A DNA stretch of 64,000 nt from Candidatus Levyibacteriota bacterium (GTDB lineage Bacteria > Patescibacteriota > Microgenomatia > Levybacterales > UBA12049). The stretch is taken from assembly GCA_013816255.1 (NCBI GenBank), contig JACDET010000001.1, positions 67,968-131,967 of the forward strand, given 5' to 3'. Positions 48,376 to 56,815 of this stretch are shown piece by piece. The notes under the pieces were generated by a model, which saw only the letters and a list, made by a program, of their open reading frames with translations, was not told the origin of the DNA and searched no databases. The position numbers and the translations under genes are program-made. The stretch's first letter is position 1. Every line of letters begins with the position of its first letter.

Positions 48376-49986
48376 ATGGAAATACAATTACTTACATATC
48401 TCATAGTTTTCTCCGGTGTAGTTAATCTACTCCGTATGTCTCTCTTTTTGATCGGGTCAGATATTTATAACATCATGGCTGCGAAACACAAAAAGACTAC
48501 CATTCCAGCTACAGCTCTTCCATCCTTTTCAGTTGTTATTCCCGCACGAAATGAAGAAGGAACAGTCGTCCGTGCAATAGAGTCTGTACTAAGCAGTAAT
48601 TATCCAAAAGATCGCATACAGATCATCGTAGTTGATGATGGTTCTACAGATAATACTGGTACAAACGTACAAAACTATATAGCTTCCCAGAAAGATACTG
48701 TAATAACATTGGTACAGCAAAAAAACGCTGGAAAAGCACATGCGTTAAATAACGGTATTAAGAATCATGCCAAAGGAGACTTGGTTATGTGTTTGGACGC
48801 TGATTCTTTTATCAAAAAAGACGCCTTACAAAAAGCTGCAAAACACTTCACTGATCCAAAAGTTGTGGCAATGTCTTCAAATGTAAAGATTATTGAAAGA
48901 CCGGGGCTTTTGAACTTTATCCAACGATACGAATACCTTGTCTGTTATCAAATGAAGCGGGCAGAAAGTCTTTTGAATTGTGAATATATTATTGGTGGTA
49001 TTGGTTCTGTTTTCCGCAGGACTACGTTGGAACAGATCAATTATTATGACACCAATACAGTTACCGAAGATATTGACATCACAATGAAAGTGATAAATCT
49101 AGGAAACAAAGAAAACAAAGTTACGTATGGTTCAGATGTCGTAACATATACGGAAAGTGTTATGAATATTCCTGATTTGATCAAGCAGCGATACCGATGG
49201 AAATGGGGACGATGTCAAACTTTCTTCAAAAACAGATCAATGTTTTTTAGTCGTGATATGAAATTCACAAAGAGTCTGACTATGTTTTATCTTCCACTCG
49301 CGATTTTGGGGGACATAATGTACTTTTTGGAACCGTTACTTTTAACATATATTATTACCATATCAATTGTATACCAAGATCCATCTGCACTGATCAATGC
49401 TTGGATCGTGATCTCTTCATACATGATCTTGAATATTTTGGCTGAAGATACGTATTCACAAAAAGAAAAAGCAAAGTATATCTTGGGTGCGCCATTTATG
49501 TACGGTTTGTTATATATTTTAAGTTTTGTAGAATATATCGCTTTGATCAAATCATTAAGCAAACTGCACAAAATAAAAGAAAGCCTCTCTAATACCAAAA
49601 CAGATTGGGTGCGCGTCGACCGACATAGAGAAAATATCTCATACACGCCAGCATTTGGAAGGTGGACAATGCAGTTAGTATTAATTTTGGTTGCGTTTCT
49701 CTTTGCGTTTGCTGGGATGTTCACATATGTACAAATTGATAAAATTGTACAAGCAAGTACGACAATGAAGACATATACACACCCAAAACAGATAGAAATA
49801 ATAACTCCAAAACCAGAACAGTTAGTATCTCTGCACGTTGTACAAAATGGTGAAACTCTTTGGAAAATTTCAAAGAAATACTACGGTAAAGGAGCGCTTT
49901 GGAAAAATTTGAAAGTTGCAAACGCAAACACAAAACTTCGTCCTGGTGATATAGTTGAAGTCCCCCCATTAGAAACTATAAAATAA
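48376..49986 (+). CDS. Processive family-2 glycosyltransferase (cellulose/chitin/PNAG-synthase-like) with a C-terminal LysM domain
   Basis: DDGSTD, DAD (DxD), TED and QRYRW (QxxRW) motifs. 4-5 C-terminal TM segments. LysM signature VVQNGETLWKISKKYYG...LRPGDIVEVP. The track ORF uses a GTG at 48349. Confidence 0.75.
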   Translation: MEIQLLTYLIVFSGVVNLLRMSLFLIGSDIYNIMAAKHKKTTIPATALPSFSVVIPARNEEGTVVRAIESVLSSNYPKDRIQIIVVDDGSTDNTGTNVQNYIASQKDTVITLVQQKNAGKAHALNNGIKNHAKGDLVMCLDADSFIKKDALQKAAKHFTDPKVVAMSSNVKIIERPGLLNFIQRYEYLVCYQMKRAESLLNCEYIIGGIGSVFRRTTLEQINYYDTNTVTEDIDITMKVINLGNKENKVTYGSDVVTYTESVMNIPDLIKQRYRWKWGRCQTFFKNRSMFFSRDMKFTKSLTMFYLPLAILGDIMYFLEPLLLTYIITISIVYQDPSALINAWIVISSYMILNILAEDTYSQKEKAKYILGAPFMYGLLYILSFVEYIALIKSLSKLHKIKESLSNTKTDWVRVDRHRENISYTPAFGRWTMQLVLILVAFLFAFAGMFTYVQIDKIVQASTTMKTYTHPKQIEIITPKPEQLVSLHVVQNGETLWKISKKYYGKGALWKNLKVANANTKLRPGDIVEVPPLETIK

Positions 49987-50133
49987 ATCCTTCTCTGTTT
50001 TTGTGCAATCGTTTTATCCATTATTACTGATTCATTGAAAAGTCAGATTCTCGAAGGACTTTCGGCATGATGAATAGAGCAGACACACAAACAGCACAGC
50101 TACAAATTTGCTGATGTAAGCACGCATAGCATC

Positions 50134-50467
50134 ATGTATACTTTAGTAATAACCAGTATTTCCCAATGCAATACTGCTCAAATCTATTCCCAAAATCACC
50201 AAACAACATTCACATCAAATCCTCAAATATCTTATTTACATCTGTTCTGTCTGCGGCCCAATACTCACCCTCCCGCAAATCTATTACATATGGTTACATA
50301 AAAGCGCTGATGGTGTCGTCATTCTTTCTTGGATAGGATATTTATTGATTGCAATTGTTTGGACAATCTATGGCATAACCTACAAACAAAAGATCGTTGC
50401 TTTAAGTAGTGCACTTTGGATCATTGTTGAAAGCGTGGTAATAATGCAAGCTATGATGTATGCGTAG
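50134..50467 (+). pseudogene. SemiSWEET-like (PQ-loop/MtN3) small sugar-transporter gene with a frame disruption
   Basis: Open frame 50153-50467 encodes ...YLIYICSVCGPILTLPQIYYIWLHKSADGVVILSWIGYLLIAIVWTIYG... (PQ motif, W..YG) but has no in-frame ATG. An ATG at 50134 lies in the +1 frame. A 1-nt change in the A4 run at 50192-95 would fuse the two frames. Confidence 0.4.
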
Positions 50468-50472
50468 AAGGT

Positions 50473-50844
50473 TTATGCAGCTTTTTCGTCTACCTGAAAG
50501 ATTCCAAATGTATTTCCTTGTCCATCTATATAGTATCCCTGCCAACATTTCCCAGGAATAGCAAACTTTGGAAGCGCTTCGATGCCACCGAGTGAAAAAA
50601 TCTTTTTTTCCGTTGCATCATAATCCTCAACTTCCATGGACACAACAAATGCATTCGTCCCACCTGGATGTTCAGACACAGGCCGTTTCAAAATAGCACC
50701 ACCAATTCCTTCAGTCTCAATCCGCCAATATTCAATAGGTATATTCACGTCCCGAGTACATTTCCATCCAAAAACTTCCGTATAAAACTTTACTAAAGCC
50801 CCCGGATCATCTGCCTGAATTTCAAAGTACATTGGGTTATTCAT
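50473..50844 (-). CDS. VOC/glyoxalase-family protein
   Basis: 123 aa with the glyoxalase/bleomycin-resistance fold pattern. Confidence 0.65.
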   Translation of the reverse strand: MNNPMYFEIQADDPGALVKFYTEVFGWKCTRDVNIPIEYWRIETEGIGGAILKRPVSEHPGGTNAFVVSMEVEDYDATEKKIFSLGGIEALPKFAIPGKCWQGYYIDGQGNTFGIFQVDEKAA

Positions 50845-50894
50845 AGAAAAAGTATAGCATAAAAAAGAACCAATGCGGCAACAAATGTGATACT

Positions 50895-51182
50895 ATGTAT
50901 ATGAACACTATGGATCTGCAAACATTACAAACAGTCTACTATTCTATGAGCATTGTCTTTATGACGCTCGCGCTTGTAGCAGTCATTGCATTAATCATCG
51001 TTGGTGTCAAACTCCTCATGAAACTAAATAAGATTCACAATCAAATTGAGGATATCCTAACCGAATTCCAAAACAATCCAAGTGGAAAAGCAACTGAAGT
51101 ATTACTAAACGTCGGCAAAGGCCTCGCAAATGCAGGAGCTAGAAAAGTCCGCGACTTTATCGAGGAAAAGAAAAGAGTTTAG
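50895..51182 (+). CDS. Small membrane protein, hypothetical (DUF948-like)
   Basis: 95 aa. One TM, then a charged helix. Confidence 0.4.
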   Translation: MYMNTMDLQTLQTVYYSMSIVFMTLALVAVIALIIVGVKLLMKLNKIHNQIEDILTEFQNNPSGKATEVLLNVGKGLANAGARKVRDFIEEKKRV

Positions 51183-51202
51183 AGTGTGGTAAAATCTCTA
51201 TT

Positions 51203-51745
51203 ATGAAAGAGCTTTTACGGCCTGAGATTATCAAAGGAAAATCTATCATTACCACGCTCAATGAAGACAACAAAGATTACGGATACAATTTACTATTTCA
51301 CGGCCGCAAAACCCCATCTTCAGAGTTAGTTCCAGCAAAGACTTATTGGAAATATAGAGAACAACTATACCCCGATAGTGGTGAACCTGTTATATGCGCA
51401 TCAAATAACGCTTTAATTGCAGTTTTCATGGCAATAGCCCCAAGAGATATAGCACCGTTTGGGTATAAAGGGAATGAAGAAGGAGGGATTAATTTCTATC
51501 GTGATACATCAATGGAAAATGAATTTAGACTAGGAAGTGGATTTGTAGCAACATTAGACAGTGAAGGATTCGAAGTATTCAATGGTAGCGCTCCTCATGG
51601 TTGGCCAGGAAAACATGTCAAGAGAGTTCCTGAAATGAGATCTACATCTACGGCACTGCCACTCTTCAATGTAGAAGTAACCTACCATGATTTTGAAGAG
51701 TTATTAGCTGTACAAAACAGAAGCGTTCTTTTACCCTACAAATAA
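51203..51745 (+). CDS. Hypothetical protein
   Basis: 180-aa ORF immediately downstream of the small membrane protein. No domain recognised. Confidence 0.4.
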   Translation: MKELLRPEIIKGKSIITTLNEDNKDYGYNLLFHGRKTPSSELVPAKTYWKYREQLYPDSGEPVICASNNALIAVFMAIAPRDIAPFGYKGNEEGGINFYRDTSMENEFRLGSGFVATLDSEGFEVFNGSAPHGWPGKHVKRVPEMRSTSTALPLFNVEVTYHDFEELLAVQNRSVLLPYK

Positions 51746-51761
51746 ATTTATAAGTACGACG

Positions 51762-52421
51762 TTAATTAGTTTTCTTAATATAAGAATCAGTAATTTCATC
51801 CAGAGATGTTATTACCTTATCCGCCAATGAAGTATCTTGTCGCTTTGCTTTATGGTTCTCAATTGCGATACATAGACAACCTGCGGCTTTTGCAGATGTA
51901 ATACCAGTCGTCGCATCTTCAACAACTATGCATTCTTCAGGATCTAAACCAAGCTTCTTAATGACGGTCAAATAAGTTTCTGGATGCGGTTTGCCATTTG
52001 TTATCTCACTTCCCATTACAATGACTTCAAAGTAATCTTTTATCAGTAATCCATCTAACGCCAATGTTATATACGGATCAACTTGTGATGTCCCGATAGC
52101 CAACCTGTACCCGTCTTTCTTCAATCCCTCAAGACAAACAGTAAGTCCTGGCATCCCATGCAAATCAGACCGTAAAAGATCCATAAAGATATCTGTTTTC
52201 TGCTTGAGTAATGTTTCAGCGTCGATGGACAAATGCAGTTCCTCAACCATATCTTCAGCATTCTTAAGAGGCTTCCTCCCTGCTATAGAATTCTGGAGTC
52301 CTTCCGAAAGATCTTCCAAACTAAAGTCATAGAAACGCAAAGCTTTATCCCATGCCAAAACATGCAAAGGTTCCGAGTCAACCAAAGTCCCATCAACATC
52401 AAAGATTACAGCTTTTATCAT
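51762..52421 (-). CDS. HAD-IA family hydrolase
   Basis: MIKAVIFDVDGTLVDSEPLH motif I. Paralogue of the gene at 10144. Confidence 0.8.
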   Translation of the reverse strand: MIKAVIFDVDGTLVDSEPLHVLAWDKALRFYDFSLEDLSEGLQNSIAGRKPLKNAEDMVEELHLSIDAETLLKQKTDIFMDLLRSDLHGMPGLTVCLEGLKKDGYRLAIGTSQVDPYITLALDGLLIKDYFEVIVMGSEITNGKPHPETYLTVIKKLGLDPEECIVVEDATTGITSAKAAGCLCIAIENHKAKRQDTSLADKVITSLDEITDSYIKKTN

Positions 52422-52460
52422 AGGAGAATTATAGCAGAGTTAATTTATATGGAATAAATA

Positions 52461-52880
52461 CTAATACTCTAACGAAAGTAATAATTGCTTCTCATTGAAT
52501 GTGATGGTTTTAAAGTATTTAAAGAAACCATCTCTTCCTAATAATGGAATTTTTTGGTGATAACTAAAGTGAGCTTCAGTAGTTACCTTTCTTCTACCAA
52601 CATACAATGATACATTATGTTTATACGCTTCTATACGTATATTTCCAATTCCCATATGTGTAACTTTTTCACCTTTTTTAATATCCAAACCGAGATGCTC
52701 TCCTATTGTTGCTGGTAATAAATTAAAATCAGCACCTGAATCAACAACGCATTCTATAGTGTTGGGATAAATTTTATGCTTAGCACTCACTCTAATAGCA
52801 ATAATTGGTCGATAAATAGCAACAAGTTTTTTGTTCTTTATATGAGGATAAGCAAAATAATCAAACTTTATTACAGGCAT
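52461..52880 (-). CDS. Retropepsin-like (clan AA) aspartic protease
   Basis: CVVDSGADFNLLP, the D-S/T-G-A active-site motif. 139 aa. Confidence 0.6.
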   Translation of the reverse strand: MPVIKFDYFAYPHIKNKKLVAIYRPIIAIRVSAKHKIYPNTIECVVDSGADFNLLPATIGEHLGLDIKKGEKVTHMGIGNIRIEAYKHNVSLYVGRRKVTTEAHFSYHQKIPLLGRDGFFKYFKTITFNEKQLLLSLEY

Positions 52881-53086
52881 ACTGGAGATAATACGGTATC
52901 TATAGGCGGGATATAATGAATAGCTAAACCTTCAATATGTTGCTTTTCAAGTTCTTTCTGTAAAGTTTCAAGATTATTGTTTGATGCAAAAACCTTTGTG
53001 TTATCTTGAGATATTGCTATGTATTGGTCAGAGTATTGAGCTAATTCTTGTAAACTTATTAATTTCATATATAGATGATACCACAT
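52871..53086 (-). CDS. Small hypothetical protein overlapping the retropepsin-like gene by 10 nt
   Basis: 71 aa. Its stop overlaps the start of the protease gene. Confidence 0.35.
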   Translation of the reverse strand: MWYHLYMKLISLQELAQYSDQYIAISQDNTKVFASNNNLETLQKELEKQHIEGLAIHYIPPIDTVLSPVCL

Positions 53087-53152
53087 TATGTCAATTTATT
53101 AAAAACAATAATGTAAAAATTAGGTATTAAATTAAACGATTTGAGGACATAG

Positions 53153-55390
53153 TTAGATATACTTACTCGTCAAAGAATCTTTTGCAGATTTAAGCTCTTT
53201 CGGTGTTCCCTCAAACATCACTTCCCCACCCTTCGATCCCCCTTCAGGACCCATGTCTATGATCCAATCGGCATTGCGGATTACATCCAGATTGTGTTCG
53301 ATGACTATTACTGTATTGCCACTGTCTACCAAACGGTTCATGATGTCCAGGAGATGCGTGATGTCACTCATATGGAGACCAGTTGTCGGTTCGTCCATGA
53401 CGTAAATGCTTCCTTTTTTATGCAGTTCACTTGCCAGTTTAATTCTCTGACATTCTCCCCCAGACAATGTGTTCAATGGTTGTCCCAGTGTCAGATAATC
53501 CAAACCGACATCCCGCATTGCTTCCAGCTTGCGGAGGATTTCCTGGATACTGAAGAACTCCAAGGCTTGTTCTATGTTCATACCCAAAACATCAGCGATT
53601 GATTTGCCATGGTATTTGTACGCGAGGACTTCGTCTTTGAAACGCTTTCCCATACACACGTCACATGGTGTTTTGACACCTTCCAGAAATGCGAGGTCTG
53701 TATAGACGACGCCTTGTCCTTGGCAATTCTCACAAGCACCTTTGGAATTGAAACTAAAAAGACCAGGTTGGACTTTGTTTGCTGTGGCAAAGGCTTTACG
53801 AACATCATCCATGATTCCTGTGTATGTCGCGGGATTTGATCTAGAATTTGCTCCGACTGCTGATTGGTCGATGACTATTGCGTCAGGATGTTGTTTGAGA
53901 AAGACTTGATGGATAAGAGAACTTTTACCGGAACCAGCGACGCCAGTGATTGCAGTCAAAACTCCTGTTGGGATATCGACGCTGACGTTTTGGAGATTGT
54001 TTTTGTTTGCATTGACGATCGGTAATTTGCCGCGATGTGTACGGAATGTGTCTTTAATTGGCATCTGCTTATTTAAATGTTTACCTGTCAGGGTATCGGC
54101 TTTCAAGAGCTCTTGGTATGTTCCTTCAAAGACGATCTTTCCTCCATGGATACCAGCTTTTGGTCCGACATCGACGACATGATCGGCGGCTTTGATGACG
54201 TCGGGATCGTGTTCGACGACGATGACAGTGTTGCCTTTGTCCCGGAGCTTTTTGAGTAAATCATTGAGACGGTGCACGTCTCTTGGATGGAGCCCCACAC
54301 TTGGTTCATCGAAAATATAAATGACATCCATAAGACTGCCACTCAAATGCTTCACCATCTTGATGCGCTGGGATTCTCCGCCTGAGAGCGTATCGGTTTC
54401 ACGGTTGAGACTGAGATAACCGAGGCCGATATCGATCACATAGCGCAACCGTTCAGTTAACGTTTTGAGCATTGATGCAGCTTTGGGATCATTGATCTCT
54501 TCGATCACTTTAATGAGTTCAGTTATTTCCATCGCGGAGAGCTCGGCGATATTTTTCCCATCTATTTTACAATCCAGAACCTTCTGATTGAGTCGCGCAC
54601 CGTGACATGCATGGCAAGGACCAAATTCTAAATATGGCGCAACCATTTTTTGTGTTCGTTCAGATAATGTTTTCAGATCTCGCTTTATGTATGACCTTGT
54701 AAGCTTTTCTACGACTCCGAGATACGTTGCATTCATTGTGCCGCTACCGATTTGGAGTTTGAATTTACGGTCTTTGCCATGCATTAGAAGATCCATTTCC
54801 TCTTTGCTATAATCCTTCAGCTTTTTATCATTATCAAAAAATCCTGATCCTTTATAACTCTCTTTTTCCCAACCAGAAAATAATGGCACTTGCACAGCAT
54901 CTTCATTAAGTGATTTTTCCATATCGAGAAAGCCTTCAGTATTGATGCCGATTTTGCGCCCCAAACCATTACATTCCAAACACATCCCCGCAGGATCGTT
55001 AAATGAAAAGACATTGGAATATCCTGCGTTTGGTTGACCGATACGAGAGAACAACAAACGCAAAACTGTATAAATATCTGTAATCGTTCCCATTGTCGAA
55101 TGTGATCCGCCGCCCATTCTTTTTTGATCGACAACAATCGCCATACTTATATTCTCAATCGAATCAGCTTCAGGTTGAGAATATTTTGGGAGGAATCCGC
55201 GGATGAACATACTAAAGGTTTCGTACTCCTGCCGCTTTGCTTCTGTCGCAATGGTATCAAAAACAATTGAAGATTTTCCCGATCCAGAGACACCGGTGAA
55301 GATGGTGATTTTGCGCTTTGGAATCTGGAGAGTTACATCTTGCAGATTATTTTCGCGTGCACCTTTGATGATAATATATTCTTGTTGCAT
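53153..55390 (-). CDS. UvrA-like ABC ATPase, class II (short UvrA paralogue)
   Basis: Two ABC modules (GVSGSGKSS and GVAGSGKSS Walker A, LSGGE signatures) and zinc-finger Cys pairs. At 745 aa it is about 200 aa shorter than canonical UvrA. Confidence 0.85.
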   Translation of the reverse strand: MQQEYIIIKGARENNLQDVTLQIPKRKITIFTGVSGSGKSSIVFDTIATEAKRQEYETFSMFIRGFLPKYSQPEADSIENISMAIVVDQKRMGGGSHSTMGTITDIYTVLRLLFSRIGQPNAGYSNVFSFNDPAGMCLECNGLGRKIGINTEGFLDMEKSLNEDAVQVPLFSGWEKESYKGSGFFDNDKKLKDYSKEEMDLLMHGKDRKFKLQIGSGTMNATYLGVVEKLTRSYIKRDLKTLSERTQKMVAPYLEFGPCHACHGARLNQKVLDCKIDGKNIAELSAMEITELIKVIEEINDPKAASMLKTLTERLRYVIDIGLGYLSLNRETDTLSGGESQRIKMVKHLSGSLMDVIYIFDEPSVGLHPRDVHRLNDLLKKLRDKGNTVIVVEHDPDVIKAADHVVDVGPKAGIHGGKIVFEGTYQELLKADTLTGKHLNKQMPIKDTFRTHRGKLPIVNANKNNLQNVSVDIPTGVLTAITGVAGSGKSSLIHQVFLKQHPDAIVIDQSAVGANSRSNPATYTGIMDDVRKAFATANKVQPGLFSFNSKGACENCQGQGVVYTDLAFLEGVKTPCDVCMGKRFKDEVLAYKYHGKSIADVLGMNIEQALEFFSIQEILRKLEAMRDVGLDYLTLGQPLNTLSGGECQRIKLASELHKKGSIYVMDEPTTGLHMSDITHLLDIMNRLVDSGNTVIVIEHNLDVIRNADWIIDMGPEGGSKGGEVMFEGTPKELKSAKDSLTSKYI

Positions 55391-55493
55391 AGTGGAGAAT
55401 TAATAGATTATATACTTCTCTCAAACCATTTTGCAAATAGTGTAAAGTTATTTCGGGAATGATTGGTGCATCAGTGAGTAACCAATCAAAGAT

Positions 55494-56318
55494 TTAATGC
55501 TTTTTGAAGAAGTCCCATACTTCCTCAGTGGTAAAAATAGGCTTGTTAAGAAGCAATGCAACAGATTCTCTTTTTCTTCCAAACCACAAGTGCTTACCGT
55601 CATAAATCTCATAAAATGCCACTTCATTTCGGCCTTCACTATCTGAATAAATAGTTTTATCATAGAATTTCTCTTTAGAAACGTACTCTTGTGTAGATTT
55701 ATTATTCGATTTCCAAAAATTTACAGTTTCTGTGACCGATGCATATCCACCTCCACCAGTAAATGGAATTGTCCTATCTGCCCTCCCATTCATAATGAGT
55801 ATGGGGACGGGAAAGCCTTTGTTCTGCAAATAAGCTGTGTCGCTTCCAATACATCCTGCAATAGCAGCTATCGCTGCAACTTTGGCATGCAAGTGTGTTC
55901 CCAAAAGATGTGCGAACATAGCGCCGTTTGAAAACCCTGCTATGTAGACTTTTTTTGTGTCAACAGCATACTGTGTACTTACTTCATCCAATAACTGATC
56001 TATGAATGCGACGTCATCACTATGTGCACGTGCTGCAGCACCACAACAAAATCCAGCACTCCATGAAAGATGCCGGTCATGCGTATCGCTTAATCCTTTG
56101 GGATACACAACGATAAATTTCTCTTTATCAGCTTTTCGACTCATCCCGGAATACAATTCCATAAGACGGGGACTATCTGAATAACCATGCAGCATAACGA
56201 CTAATGGATATTTTTTATTGTTATCATAGCCTGAAGGAAAATGCACAAAATAACTTCTCTCTGTATCTTGAAAAGTTATAGCTTTTTTAAATGTTCTCAA
56301 TGGAATTAAATGTAACAT
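55494..56318 (-). CDS. Alpha/beta-hydrolase esterase (PHB-depolymerase/LpqC-like family)
   Basis: YPLVVMLHGYS. GFSNGAM (GxSxG nucleophile elbow). Confidence 0.7.
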   Translation of the reverse strand: MLHLIPLRTFKKAITFQDTERSYFVHFPSGYDNNKKYPLVVMLHGYSDSPRLMELYSGMSRKADKEKFIVVYPKGLSDTHDRHLSWSAGFCCGAAARAHSDDVAFIDQLLDEVSTQYAVDTKKVYIAGFSNGAMFAHLLGTHLHAKVAAIAAIAGCIGSDTAYLQNKGFPVPILIMNGRADRTIPFTGGGGYASVTETVNFWKSNNKSTQEYVSKEKFYDKTIYSDSEGRNEVAFYEIYDGKHLWFGRKRESVALLLNKPIFTTEEVWDFFKKH

Positions 56319-56410
56319 AATTACTAAAATTGTGATTGCTATTAATTATACCTAATGACAAGTTGTCTTTGTAAATGAAGAGAGTACTAGTTTTTATATA
56401 CCAACCTTTA

Positions 56411-56782
56411 CTAATCAGCTTTACCTACATATTTAGCAACTATACCGAGAAGATCATCTATCTCAAAAGGTTTGGCGATAAAATCATCCGCACCTGCTTC
56501 TCTCGCTGACTGCATAATATCGCGACTTGCTGAAATCATAATAATAGGAATATGCTTTGTATGAGGATTGTTTTTTACATACTTACAAATATCTCGCCCA
56601 TCTTGCCCAGACATCCAAATATCCAGGAGAAGCAAATCTGGATATACTTTTTCCATTTTATATATCGTTTCTCCATTTACAGTAACATCAACGTCATAAT
56701 CTTCAAGCTCTAACGTCATCTTTATTGCATCAAGAATTGCTGGGTCATCATCTGCAACGAGTACTTTCTTTGACATAGACAT
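56411..56782 (-). CDS. Response regulator, receiver domain only
   Basis: Close paralogue of the genes at 16154, 21270 and 61730 (VNGETIYKMEK...LLLDIWMSGQDGRDICKY). Confidence 0.85.
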   Translation of the reverse strand: MSMSKKVLVADDDPAILDAIKMTLELEDYDVDVTVNGETIYKMEKVYPDLLLLDIWMSGQDGRDICKYVKNNPHTKHIPIIMISASRDIMQSAREAGADDFIAKPFEIDDLLGIVAKYVGKAD

Positions 56783-56815
56783 ACAGTTTACTAAATGTAA
56801 ATAAGAATAAGGTAA

